The notes under the pieces: generated by a model
Told to the model about the DNA's origin: nothing
The model's database searches: none
The model's input: the letters and a program-made list of their open reading frames with translations, nothing else
Assembly: GCA_965279035.1 (NCBI GenBank)
Contig: OZ257142.1
Span: forward strand, 960,001-1,024,000
DNA length: 64,000 bases
Direction of reading: 5' to 3'
Source: Bacteroidia bacterium
GTDB taxonomy: Bacteria > Bacteroidota > Bacteroidia > M30B66
Part shown: positions 1 through 9,865 of the stretch, piece by piece
How positions within the stretch are numbered: the first letter of the stretch is position 1
Layout: the number at the start of each line of letters is the position of its first letter
Position numbers and translations under genes: made by a program

Positions 1-836
1 TCTTCCCACAAAACCAACATGCGCTGAGCTTCCTTCATCAAAGAAGTTTGATTGTTGACGATCATTTTTAGATCGTCTTTCAATTCACCTTTCTTTTGCT
101 CATCAGCACATTCAGAAATTTTAATTAGGGTTTCTTGAATTTTGGGTTTAACGCTCTCTTCAATAGAATTCAAATCACCAGATTCAATTTCTTGAATAAT
201 CTTAGACGATTCAGCTTTTAATGCCTTGTCAAATTCAACATAGTATTTTCCAACTAAATGGTCGCCTTTTAATCCACTACTTTCCGGAGTTTCTTTTCTT
301 CCATCCAATTTCCAAGCGAGCATCGACTTGCAAATATGAATACCGCGATCATTTACCAAATTGACTTTGGTTACAGGATGTCCAGCAGCTTCTAAAATCC
401 TTGATACTGAAAATCCTAAAAGATTATTTCGAACATGTCCTAAATGAAGCGGTTTATTTGTATTCGGTGATGAATATTCAACCATCACTTTCGATTCAAC
501 AGCATCTAAATTACTTACATCTGAATTTTTAGAAGTGATGTAAGTTGTCCAAAACTCAAATGTTAATTCAATGTTAAGGAACCCATTTAGGATATTAAAC
601 CCTAGGATTTCTTTAGACGTTTTACACAATTGAACTCCAATTTCTTCAGCAGTTTGCGAAGGATTCTTACCGGAAATACGTGTTAGTCCGAAACAAACTA
701 ATGTAATATCTCCTCGAAATTCTTTTCTAGTTTTTTGAAAAACAATCATTTCTTTTGTTGCTTTTTCTCCATACAAAGTCTGTATAGATGAGTACGCAAC
801 TTCAATAAGCCAAGCTTCTTTTTGATTAGTTTTCAT
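1..836 (-). CDS. argS: Arginyl-tRNA synthetase, N-terminal part (runs off the window start)
   Basis: Not in the ORF track. Manual translation from ATG at 836 gives MKTNQKEAWLIEV...VMVEYSSPNTNKPLHLGHVRNNLLG, the class I HIGH region of ArgRS. The start overlaps the arginase stop. Confidence 0.95.
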   Translation of the reverse strand, partial: MKTNQKEAWLIEVAYSSIQTLYGEKATKEMIVFQKTRKEFRGDITLVCFGLTRISGKNPSQTAEEIGVQLCKTSKEILGFNILNGFLNIELTFEFWTTYITSKNSDVSNLDAVESKVMVEYSSPNTNKPLHLGHVRNNLLGFSVSRILEAAGHPVTKVNLVNDRGIHICKSMLAWKLDGRKETPESSGLKGDHLVGKYYVEFDKALKAESSKIIQEIESGDLNSIEESVKPKIQETLIKISECADEQKKGELKDDLKMIVNNQTSLMKEAQRMLVLWE

Positions 837-1782
837 CGTTTAATGCAGCATTTGTAGCTGCTTCAAGTATTTTAAATGCAGTTTCAGCCATTGAGTTTTC
901 CGTGTCAAGTGTAGGATTAATCTCTACTATTTCGAAACAACAAACTTTGGGATTACTCACTAAAAGCGTCATTAACTCTCTCGCTTCTTTTGCTCTCAAT
1001 CCATTAGGAACAGGAGTTCCAGTGCCAACAGAAATTTTAGGATCAAGACTATCCACATCAAATGAAATATACATTCTATCGCAATGATCTAAATAATTAA
1101 ACACTTCAGTAACAATTTCAGAAACCCCACGTGTACGTAGTTCTTTGGTTGAAATGTTTTTAATCTTGTGCTTCTCAATTAAATAGTCCTCTTGTTCTTC
1201 GGTGTCACGCACACCTATATATACCAAATCACGGTATTCTATTTTAGGGACGATGCCACCAGAGTTCTTTAGTTTATCCCAAAGTTCGGCAGTCTTTTCA
1301 TCAATGTCATTGCTTTTCATTTCTAAATTATCTTCTCCCAAAGCTGCCGCAAGTGGCATTCCATGCATATTTCCTGATGGAGTTGTATATGGAGAATGAA
1401 GATCGGCATGCGCATCAATCCAAACGACTCCTAATCGATCTTCCGGAAATGCATTTTTGATCCCAGCAATAGTACCTCCGGCAGTACTGTGATCACCTGA
1501 AAGTACAATCGGAAAAGCTGCTTGTTTTTTAATAATTCTACCTACCGATTTAGACAAGCGTTCATATATTTTTATAATCCCACGAATTCGCTTTGCATAT
1601 TTAAACCGAACATTTTCTAATAAAAGCCAATTCTCATCACTAATTTCAACCTCTTCGTACTTTCTAAAATAGTCGCTTTTTAAATCAATAGCTGCTATTT
1701 TTAAAGCATCAACTCCCATGCTGGCGCCACGTGTACCTGCACCTAATTCAGAACGGAGTAAAACAAGCTTTGCTTTTTTCAT
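826..1782 (-). CDS. rocF: Arginase
   Basis: Ureohydrolase Mn ligands GDHS, DAHAD and SFDVDSLDP, plus the arginase-type SGNMHGMP and GTGTPV motifs. Confidence 0.9.
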   Translation of the reverse strand: MKKAKLVLLRSELGAGTRGASMGVDALKIAAIDLKSDYFRKYEEVEISDENWLLLENVRFKYAKRIRGIIKIYERLSKSVGRIIKKQAAFPIVLSGDHSTAGGTIAGIKNAFPEDRLGVVWIDAHADLHSPYTTPSGNMHGMPLAAALGEDNLEMKSNDIDEKTAELWDKLKNSGGIVPKIEYRDLVYIGVRDTEEQEDYLIEKHKIKNISTKELRTRGVSEIVTEVFNYLDHCDRMYISFDVDSLDPKISVGTGTPVPNGLRAKEARELMTLLVSNPKVCCFEIVEINPTLDTENSMAETAFKILEAATNAALNDEN

Positions 1783-1785
1783 TAT

Positions 1786-1839
1786 AAGTAAATTAGTTAC
1801 TTCACTCTTTTCTTCATTAAAGTAAGTTACTTACTTTTG
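1786..1839. promoter_or_regulatory. Two AAGTAA-N5-TTACTT palindromes and the speA -7 element
   Basis: Palindromes at 1786-1802 and 1820-1836; TACTTTTG at 1832-1839. Confidence 0.5.
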
Positions 1840-1887
1840 CTACTTGATTTCTTAGAATCACATCAATCAAAAGAATTAAGATTGAAT

Positions 1888-3294
1888 ATGAAAAACAAGT
1901 ATGAAGATTTGATCAGACAAACCTTTGAGTTTCCTCAAACAGGCTTTGATGTAGCTGATAGTGAACTATATTTCAATGGAATTCCCTTAATGGATGTTAT
2001 CCGTCAATATGGAACTCCTTTGAAAATCTCCTATCTTCCTAAGATCAGTGAGCAAATTCAGCGGGCTAAAATAATGTTTAATGTGGGAATGGCAAAGGCA
2101 GATTATAAAGGAAAGTATGTCTATTGTTATTGTACCAAAAGCTCTCAGTTCTCCTTTGTATTAGAAGAAGTACTTAAAAATGACACGCATATCGAAACTT
2201 CTTCGGCTTACGATATGCCGATAATAAAGGAATTACACACCAAAGGATTATTACCCAAGGATAAGTTTATCATTTGTAATGGATATAAACGCCCAATGTA
2301 TCAAGAGTTTATTGTGGAGCTTATTCAGGATGGATTTGAGAATATTATCCCAATTCTTGATTCTAAACGTGAAATAAATTATTACAAAGAACATTTAAAG
2401 GTTAAAACCAAAATAGGTATTCGTATAGCTTCAGAAGAAGAACCTAGTTTTGAATTCTATAGTTCACGACTCGGAATTCGGTATAAAGACATACTGCAGT
2501 TTTACAAAGATCAAATTGAAAACGACCCTCGATTTGAATTGAATATGTTGCATTTCTTTATTAATTCTGGAATACGAGATACCGTTTATTATTGGAGTGA
2601 ATTATCCAAATGCCTTCAAGTATATTGTGATTTGAAAAAAATCTGTCCAGCACTTAAATCGTTGAATATTGGTGGAGGACTTCCAATTAAAAACTCTCTT
2701 GCTTTCGAGTTCGATTACGAATACATGATCGAAGAAATTATTCAACAGATTAAAACGTTTTGTAATCAACAAGGGGTTGACGAACCTGATATTTTTACAG
2801 AATTTGGATCATTTACAGTTGGTGAAAGTGGGGCTACTTTGTATTCTATCATAGATCTGAAACAGCAAAACGATACGGAGAATTGGTATATGATAGATTC
2901 TTCTTTTATTACTACACTTCCCGACACTTGGGGAATTAATCAACGTTTTATTTTACTTGCAATCAATAAATGGGACAAGGAATATTCGCGTGTTAATTTA
3001 GGTGGACTTACTTGCGATAGTCTTGACTATTATAATGCAGAAGCGCACATTTCCCAAGTATTTTTGCCTCGTGTTATGGAGGAAGAAATTATGGAAGACC
3101 CTTTATATATTGGTTTCTTTCATACAGGTGCTTACCAAGAATCTTTAGGTGGTTATGGTGGAATTCAACATTGTTTAATTCCGGCTCCTAAACATGTTAT
3201 TATTAATAAAGATGAAAATGGTGAGCTAACAACCTATATTTTTGGAAAGGAACAGAGTTATAAATCGATGTTGAAAACATTAGGCTATTCTTAG
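1888..3294 (+). CDS. speA: Arginine decarboxylase (short Bacteroidota type, PLP fold III)
   Basis: YCYCTKSS (PLP Lys), ICNGYK, LNIGGG, TEFG, GLTCDS and GAYQE motifs. ATG 1888 is preferred because the track's TTG at 1837 lies inside the -7 element. Confidence 0.85.
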   Translation: MKNKYEDLIRQTFEFPQTGFDVADSELYFNGIPLMDVIRQYGTPLKISYLPKISEQIQRAKIMFNVGMAKADYKGKYVYCYCTKSSQFSFVLEEVLKNDTHIETSSAYDMPIIKELHTKGLLPKDKFIICNGYKRPMYQEFIVELIQDGFENIIPILDSKREINYYKEHLKVKTKIGIRIASEEEPSFEFYSSRLGIRYKDILQFYKDQIENDPRFELNMLHFFINSGIRDTVYYWSELSKCLQVYCDLKKICPALKSLNIGGGLPIKNSLAFEFDYEYMIEEIIQQIKTFCNQQGVDEPDIFTEFGSFTVGESGATLYSIIDLKQQNDTENWYMIDSSFITTLPDTWGINQRFILLAINKWDKEYSRVNLGGLTCDSLDYYNAEAHISQVFLPRVMEEEIMEDPLYIGFFHTGAYQESLGGYGGIQHCLIPAPKHVIINKDENGELTTYIFGKEQSYKSMLKTLGYS

Positions 3295-3336
3295 ATTTTG
3301 TTCTATCAACTATTAAAACACAGAAAAAAATTAATC

Positions 3337-4005
3337 ATGAAAAAAATCCTCGTTTTTCAATTCCTGTTATTCATTGGAATGACACTTTCGGCTCAATCGT
3401 TTGAGGGAAAAATTCTATTTGAAGTCTCTTTCCTAAACCTTCCTGATCCACAAATGGCTTCTATGTTTCCCAATGAAGCTGTTTCTTATTTTAAAAACAA
3501 TAAATCTCGCATGGAGATGAGTATGATGATGGGTTCGCGGACTGTCACTATTTCTGATGGTAACACGAAATCGGCGGTGACCTTAATGGATTTGATGGGG
3601 CAGAAATATGCTATCGATAATTCTTCAAGTAAAACAAGTGAAGAACAAAAGAAAATGATGGATGCAACAACTGTAACGATTACCAATGAAACTAAAAAAA
3701 TTGCTGGTTATACTTGCAAAAAGGCCATTATAGTTATTCTCCCAACCGCTTCAAATAAAGATACTTTGAATATGGAAATGTGGTTTACAAATGAGCTTTC
3801 AATCAATAAGAATTTTGTTGCTAGCTCTATGAATAAAATAGATGGGGCAGTTTTAGAGTTCACTATTAAGCAAAATAAAATGGATATAAAACTATCTGCA
3901 AAGTCTGTTGTAAAGCAATCTGTTGAAGATTCTCTTTTTCTAATTCCAGCTGATTACAAAAAAACCACTTCAGAAGAGATGATGAAATCTATGGGAGGAC
4001 ATTAA
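3337..4005 (+). CDS. Secreted DUF4412/GLPGLI-like protein
   Basis: Signal peptide ending in SAQ; characteristic TNETKKIAGYTCKKA, WFT and LFLIPADY segments. Confidence 0.7.
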   Translation: MKKILVFQFLLFIGMTLSAQSFEGKILFEVSFLNLPDPQMASMFPNEAVSYFKNNKSRMEMSMMMGSRTVTISDGNTKSAVTLMDLMGQKYAIDNSSSKTSEEQKKMMDATTVTITNETKKIAGYTCKKAIIVILPTASNKDTLNMEMWFTNELSINKNFVASSMNKIDGAVLEFTIKQNKMDIKLSAKSVVKQSVEDSLFLIPADYKKTTSEEMMKSMGGH

Positions 4006-4029
4006 TTTCTTGTTGAAAACACTGTAGAT

Positions 4030-4054
4030 AAGCCTTCCTTGTGAAGGCTTTTTT
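4030..4054 (+). terminator. Intrinsic terminator
   Basis: AAGCCTTC-cttgt-GAAGGCTT followed by a T-run. Confidence 0.8.
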
Positions 4055-4100
4055 CTTCCATTAACTGGTCGAAGTTTGTAATTCAGAATTTTCTTATTCA

Positions 4101-6686
4101 ATGTCAACTCAAGCCAATCGTTTAAAGAATGAATCAGAGGACGTTCCTACACCTGAGAAAAAAGGGCGTAAGGAACCTAAAACGGCTGTGCCTGAACGAA
4201 AAACGAATAACAAGTTTAGATTTTCAATTTTTCAAAATGAGAACTTTATTCGTGTAAGCGGGCTTTTTCTGCTTCTATTTTCATTGTTTTTGACTTTTGC
4301 TTTTGTCTCTCATTTAGTTCATTGGCAAGCAGATTACGACAAAGTAAAAGATGCTCCTTTGTCAGATTACATCTTTGATCCTAATTTGATTGTAGCCAAT
4401 AATATGGGCAAATTTGGAGCATTATTCGCCTTTATATTTTTTCATAATTGGTTTGGAATAGCATCATTCATCATTCCTTTTTTCATATTCCTGATTTCTT
4501 TCAGGATGTTTTTTGCTATTACCCTATTGCCTATCAAAAGAACATTCATTTACTGTTTGTTCTTTTTAATATTCATTTCACTTTTAGCAGCATTTTTATT
4601 TAGCGACGAAAGACTCTTATTCAGTGGCGGATTTGGATATCATCTTGAGAAATATCTTCAATCAGTTGTTGGTTCCACGGGTGTTGGATTTTTGCTCCTA
4701 TTTTCAGGAATTACATTTTCCATGCTTGCCTTTAATTGGAAATTTAAACTCCCAGAGAATTTTTTACAGAAAAATCCAAATACACTAAATACTGATTATA
4801 CAACGAATTCAGCTAATACCAATGAAGTTAAAAGTGAATCTTTTGGCTCAGGTTCCGGACATTTTGGTGATAATGAAGAAGAAGCGGAAGAATTAGAAGA
4901 AGACGATTTAATACTAGAGGATGATTCAAGCATAGAAGAAGCCTCCAATCTATATATTCCAATACTTACGAATATTCAAGCTCCAATTATTCCATCCTCA
5001 GGAATTGAATTAACGATAGAGGGAATTGATGATGAGGAAGAAGTTCAAGAGCCTGTGCTTAAATCGAACATTGTAGAAACTGAGTTTTCGAATAATGCTG
5101 GATTAAGTGAAGAAGACAAAGCTCGTATGAATCTCAACGATGTTTTGTCTGAAAATGAAGAATTCGATTTGGGTGATTATGATCCAACACTCGATCTTTC
5201 TTCATACAAATACCCTGAATTAGATCTTCTAGAGAATTATGGTCAAGGGAAAGCCAAAGTTGATAAATCCGAATTAGAAGCAAACAGTAATAGAATCATT
5301 GAGACCTTAAAAAACTACAACATTGAAATTGCCAGAATTAGTGCTAGCATAGGACCAACTGTAACGCTTTATGAAATAGTTCCCGCAGCAGGGGTAAGGA
5401 TTTCGAAAATTAAAAATTTGGAGGATGATATTGCTTTAAGTTTATCAGCTCTGGGTATTCGAATTATCGCTCCAATGCCGGGTAAAGGAACAATAGGTAT
5501 AGAAGTCCCAAATCAGAATCCCGAAATAGTAGCCATGCGAACGCTACTTGCAAGTGAGAAGTTTGTCAATACGACCATGGATCTTCCCATTGCGCTTGGG
5601 AAAACAATTTCAAATGAGAATTTTGTTGCAGATCTGGCTAAGATGCCACATTTGCTTATGGCAGGAGCAACCGGACAAGGAAAGTCTGTTGGCTTGAATG
5701 CGATTCTTGTTTCATTGCTTTATAAAAAGCATCCTTCTCAAATTAAGTTTGTTCTTGTTGACCCTAAAAAAGTTGAATTAACCTTATTCAATAAAATCGA
5801 ACGTCATTTCCTCGCGAAACTTCCTGGAGGAGAAGATGCAATTATCACAGATACAAAGAAGGTTGTTCATACCTTAAATTCATTATGTATTCTGATGGAT
5901 CAGAGGTACGAGCTATTAAAAATGGCTGAAGTACGAAACATCAAAGAATACAATGTGAAGTTTATTGGGCGAAAACTGAATCCCAAAAATGGGCATCATT
6001 TTATGCCTTATATCGTGTTGGTTGTAGATGAATTTGCCGACTTAATAATGACAGCTGGTAAAGAAGTTGAATTGCCAATAGCTCGTTTGGCTCAATTAGC
6101 TAGAGCAATCGGTATTCACCTGATTATAGCTACACAAAGGCCTTCCGTTAATATTATCACAGGAACAATTAAAGCCAATTTCCCAGCTCGAATTGCTTTC
6201 AGAGTAACTTCAAAAATAGATTCTAGAACAATCCTTGACTCTGGTGGTGCCGATCAATTGATAGGTCGAGGAGATATGCTATTGTCAACTGGCAGCGACT
6301 TAATTCGTCTGCAATGCCCATTTGTAGATACTCCAGAGGTTGATAAAATAACTGCTTTTATTGGAAACCAAAGAGGCTATGCCTCTGCATTTGAATTGCC
6401 AGAATATATCGATGAAAATGGCGATCATAGCGAAGATGATATGGATATTGGAGATCGTGATGCCATGTTTAATGAAGCAGCACATATTATTGTTATGCAT
6501 CAACAAGGGTCTGCTTCTTTATTACAACGTAAATTGAAATTAGGCTATAATAGAGCTGGAAGAATTATCGATCAATTAGAAAAAGCGGGAATTATTGGTC
6601 CTTTTGAAGGCAGTAAAGCACGCAAAGTATTGATAAAAGACGCACTTTCGCTGGAACAGTTTTTGAACCAGTCAGGACACGAATAA
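4101..6686 (+). CDS. ftsK: DNA translocase FtsK
   Basis: N-terminal TM domain, acidic linker, Walker A GATGQGKS, VVDEFADL, and gamma domain LQRKLKLGYNRAGR. Confidence 0.95.
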   Translation: MSTQANRLKNESEDVPTPEKKGRKEPKTAVPERKTNNKFRFSIFQNENFIRVSGLFLLLFSLFLTFAFVSHLVHWQADYDKVKDAPLSDYIFDPNLIVANNMGKFGALFAFIFFHNWFGIASFIIPFFIFLISFRMFFAITLLPIKRTFIYCLFFLIFISLLAAFLFSDERLLFSGGFGYHLEKYLQSVVGSTGVGFLLLFSGITFSMLAFNWKFKLPENFLQKNPNTLNTDYTTNSANTNEVKSESFGSGSGHFGDNEEEAEELEEDDLILEDDSSIEEASNLYIPILTNIQAPIIPSSGIELTIEGIDDEEEVQEPVLKSNIVETEFSNNAGLSEEDKARMNLNDVLSENEEFDLGDYDPTLDLSSYKYPELDLLENYGQGKAKVDKSELEANSNRIIETLKNYNIEIARISASIGPTVTLYEIVPAAGVRISKIKNLEDDIALSLSALGIRIIAPMPGKGTIGIEVPNQNPEIVAMRTLLASEKFVNTTMDLPIALGKTISNENFVADLAKMPHLLMAGATGQGKSVGLNAILVSLLYKKHPSQIKFVLVDPKKVELTLFNKIERHFLAKLPGGEDAIITDTKKVVHTLNSLCILMDQRYELLKMAEVRNIKEYNVKFIGRKLNPKNGHHFMPYIVLVVDEFADLIMTAGKEVELPIARLAQLARAIGIHLIIATQRPSVNIITGTIKANFPARIAFRVTSKIDSRTILDSGGADQLIGRGDMLLSTGSDLIRLQCPFVDTPEVDKITAFIGNQRGYASAFELPEYIDENGDHSEDDMDIGDRDAMFNEAAHIIVMHQQGSASLLQRKLKLGYNRAGRIIDQLEKAGIIGPFEGSKARKVLIKDALSLEQFLNQSGHE

Positions 6687-6696
6687 ATCTCAACCA

Positions 6697-7344
6697 ATGA
6701 ACCGAATTCTGTTTCTCTCATTTTTGCTTTTAACATCTAGTTTTTATTCTGCTGCACAGGAAGATAAAAAAGCAAAAAGTATCCTCGATAAACTTAGTGC
6801 AAAGACTAGATCGTATTCAAGTATCCGAACAGAATTTACTTATTCATTAGTCAACAAAGACCGGAAAATCAACACGACTCAAAGTTGGAAACTAACTTTG
6901 AAAGGCGAGAAATACAGACTCGAAATGGGCGACCAAATTATTATTTCCGATGGAAAAGTAATGTGGAAAGTATTGAAAGCAGATAAGGAAGTTGAGTTAA
7001 GTAAACCAGGTACTGGAGATGATGCTTTAAATCCAAAGAATATATTTACGATGTATGAAAAAGGATTTCGTCATAAATACATTAAGGAAGAAAAAATCGG
7101 TACAAAACAAGTTCATGTGATTGATTTATTTCCAATCAATCCGAAAGAGAAAGATTACAATAGCATACGATTGTATATCGATAAAACATCAATGCAAGTA
7201 TTAAAATCAGAGATCAAAGGTAAAAACGGAAATCTGTATACATATGATATAAAGAAGTTCAATACAAATGAAAATGTAGAAGATGCCCTTTTTACATACA
7301 AATCTTCGGAATTTCCTGGTTTTGAATTAAATGATTTAAGATAA
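6697..7344 (+). CDS. lolA: Outer-membrane lipoprotein carrier LolA family protein
   Basis: Signal peptide, KGEKYRL...SDGKVMW...EV pattern, and the conserved position after ftsK. Confidence 0.8.
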   Translation: MNRILFLSFLLLTSSFYSAAQEDKKAKSILDKLSAKTRSYSSIRTEFTYSLVNKDRKINTTQSWKLTLKGEKYRLEMGDQIIISDGKVMWKVLKADKEVELSKPGTGDDALNPKNIFTMYEKGFRHKYIKEEKIGTKQVHVIDLFPINPKEKDYNSIRLYIDKTSMQVLKSEIKGKNGNLYTYDIKKFNTNENVEDALFTYKSSEFPGFELNDLR

Positions 7345-7352
7345 TCAGCTAA

Positions 7353-8246
7353 TCAAATACGAACAATTCCCTTTTTTAAATTATTTAAAGTAAATTCTTC
7401 CTGACTACCAACTTCAACTTGTACATCATATTCCCATGATGCATATTGAGGCAAACTCATTAATATGGATTCTATTCGTCCTCCGGTTTCTAAGCCAAAG
7501 CGTGTTCCTTTGTCATAAATAAGGTTGAATTCTACATATCTACCTCTTCTTAATAATTGCCAGCGCTTATTGTTTTCGTCAAATACTATCGACGAATTAA
7601 TTTTCATTAATTGTGTATAAATAGGAGCAAACAAATTTCCAATATCCATTATGAAAGCATGAATTTCTTCTTTGCTTTTGAATGTGTTTTTTTCATTTAA
7701 ACGATCAAAAAAAATTCCTCCTATACCGCGTGTTTCATTTCTATGTGGGATATAAAAGTAATTATCGGCCCATTCTTTAAATTTTGGATAGTAAGTTTCA
7801 TCATGTAAATCACATACCTTTTTTAACTGTTGATGAAAGCCTTGTGCTTGTTCACTATTTACATAATGCGGTGTTAAATCAATGCCTCCTCCAAACCAAT
7901 ATTCTCCATTACTCATTTCAAAATAGCGAACATTCATGTGAATTATTGGGACAAAGGGATTGATGGGATGAATTACGATGGAGACACCTGTAGCATAAAA
8001 ATCCCCAGATTCAACGTTCATCATTTTAGAAACCTGTTCTGACATAGGTCCAAAAACACAGGAAAAGTTAACTCCTGCCTTTTCGAGTATGGTTCCATTT
8101 TTTATCAATCGAGTGATACCGCCTCCACCTTCAACTCTTTCCCAAGTATCTATAATGAACTTCCCTGTGCCATCAGCTTCTTCAAGTTGAAGTATAATGG
8201 ATGATTGGAGATTCTTGAATTGTTCAGCAATTTGTTCTTTTGTCAA
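7353..8246 (-). CDS. hemF: Oxygen-dependent coproporphyrinogen III oxidase
   Basis: EKAGVNFS, HMNVRYF, WFGGGIDLTP, RGIGGIFFD and RRGRYVEFNL motifs. Confidence 0.95.
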   Translation of the reverse strand: MTKEQIAEQFKNLQSSIILQLEEADGTGKFIIDTWERVEGGGGITRLIKNGTILEKAGVNFSCVFGPMSEQVSKMMNVESGDFYATGVSIVIHPINPFVPIIHMNVRYFEMSNGEYWFGGGIDLTPHYVNSEQAQGFHQQLKKVCDLHDETYYPKFKEWADNYFYIPHRNETRGIGGIFFDRLNEKNTFKSKEEIHAFIMDIGNLFAPIYTQLMKINSSIVFDENNKRWQLLRRGRYVEFNLIYDKGTRFGLETGGRIESILMSLPQYASWEYDVQVEVGSQEEFTLNNLKKGIVRI

Positions 8247-9865
8247 GGCTGATTTTTCCGTTTCATCTCGAAATTATTCATTTCAAGGAGGTAAATAAAA
8301 TGATTCTCATATCCATCATGTTCTCCAATTTTAGCATATCGGTAACATGAATTCAATCCACAATGTTGAGGTATTACATCTAAACATTGTATGAATGAAC
8401 TTCCATATTGAGCAATTAAATTGCAGAAATATAAGGTTACATCAAAGCCTTGATATGAGTATGATGTAGGATCTCCTTTGAATTCTTCTTTAAATCGACT
8501 TTGGAAATTCTTTGACATCAAGGAGTAATAATTTGTACTTGATGAAGTAAAACAGGAAAAATTAAGATTATTCAAATGTTCGAATTCAATATTCTCGTAA
8601 TTAATCCACTCATTTAATCCAACAAGAGTGATACGTTTTCCAAGTCTAGAACTACTTAATCGTCCTATAAAATCTATTACTTGAACCTGAACTGTTGAAG
8701 GGAAAATAATGATATTTTCATCCGATTCAGAAAGCTGTGAAATGATATCTCCAATTCCGGAATACGTTATTTCCTGAAATTTATCTGAGGGAATTGCTGC
8801 TGAAACAAGTAAACTACTTTTAAATGCATCAGCAATTTCTTTGTCTTTTTCATTGCTATTTCTAACGAGAGTAAATTTTGCAGTAGGATGATTCTTTTTT
8901 AAAATAGGTCCGCTTTCATCTATTTGACTAATTAAATCGGGCGTTACTTTTATAACGTTTGGGAAATCAATCAACAAAGCATCACTTTGAGAAAATGGTG
9001 ATACTGCTGGAATTCCTTTTCTTTTCGCGAATTCAGCAACTTTGATAAAGGATGAACTATATAATGGACCAATAATTAAATCTGTTTTTTCTAGCACTGG
9101 ATTTTTCAAAATATCAGCTATAGAATTCGAATCATTTTGAACATCAAAAACGTCAATAGTTATTTGATATCCTTTCTTTTTTAATGAATCAAGTGCGAGT
9201 TTGGCACCACTATAAAAATCTAATCCAATTCGTGCTTTGGGATTTAGCTCATCCGAGGGCGATAAATAAAATGGAAGCAGAAGTGTAATATTGATAGCTC
9301 TTCGTTGATTTTTTTCTGATAATATTGTACAGGGATTTTTTTCTAAAGGGACATTTTCTAACAATACCTTTTCTGGTTGAATTGAATCGGGTTGCTTAGT
9401 AGGCTTTGTTGAAGCAGGATAAATAATAAGTGTTGAACCAGCTTTCAATCCTTCTTTTATTTCAGGGTTCATCCTTTCAAGCTCTTCAACGGATAAACCA
9501 TATTTTTTGGCAATTCCAAAAACGGTTTCTTTAGGTAATACAGTATGTGAAAGAGATGAACTTGGTCGTTCAGAAGCTACATTCCCATTTGGAGAAAGTG
9601 CCGGTATTCTTAAGATCATTCCTGTTTTTAAACCATTCTCCGCTTCGGGATTTAAAGCAAGAATATCTTCTTGTTTTTGGTTGAATAGTTTTGAAATACT
9701 ATAAAGCGTTTTTCCTTTCTCTACTTTATAATATCGGATATATCCATCCTTGTATTGATAAATTTTCGAAGTATCTTGTTGTTGAGCATAGGAAACTTCA
9801 CCCGTTGATAAAACGATAATTATCAGTAAAATAATACGATTGAGTAATTTTTGAATTATTCCCAT
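8243..9865 (-). CDS. Two LysM domains plus a type-1 periplasmic-binding-fold (LpoA/LppC-like) domain
   Basis: LysM repeats [13 protein letters not shown]...LNPE and [17 protein letters not shown]...MNPE; then LLLPF, DFYSG, LIIGPL and QGFDVT. Confidence 0.8.
   Translation of the reverse strand: MGIIQKLLNRIILLIIIVLSTGEVSYAQQQDTSKIYQYKDGYIRYYKVEKGKTLYSISKLFNQKQEDILALNPEAENGLKTGMILRIPALSPNGNVASERPSSSLSHTVLPKETVFGIAKKYGLSVEELERMNPEIKEGLKAGSTLIIYPASTKPTKQPDSIQPEKVLLENVPLEKNPCTILSEKNQRRAINITLLLPFYLSPSDELNPKARIGLDFYSGAKLALDSLKKKGYQITIDVFDVQNDSNSIADILKNPVLEKTDLIIGPLYSSSFIKVAEFAKRKGIPAVSPFSQSDALLIDFPNVIKVTPDLISQIDESGPILKKNHPTAKFTLVRNSNEKDKEIADAFKSSLLVSAAIPSDKFQEITYSGIGDIISQLSESDENIIIFPSTVQVQVIDFIGRLSSSRLGKRITLVGLNEWINYENIEFEHLNNLNFSCFTSSSTNYYSLMSKNFQSRFKEEFKGDPTSYSYQGFDVTLYFCNLIAQYGSSFIQCLDVIPQHCGLNSCYRYAKIGEHDGYENHFIYLLEMNNFEMKRKNQP

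Noticed and set aside
826-1782. Agmatinase (speB) call suggested by proximity to speA
   Set aside because: SGNMHGMP and the overall motif pattern fit arginase better.
3337-4005. Met-rich secreted protein (about 20 Met in 222 aa) as a copper-binding protein
   Set aside because: No copper-related neighbours, and Met-richness appears usual for DUF4412-like proteins.
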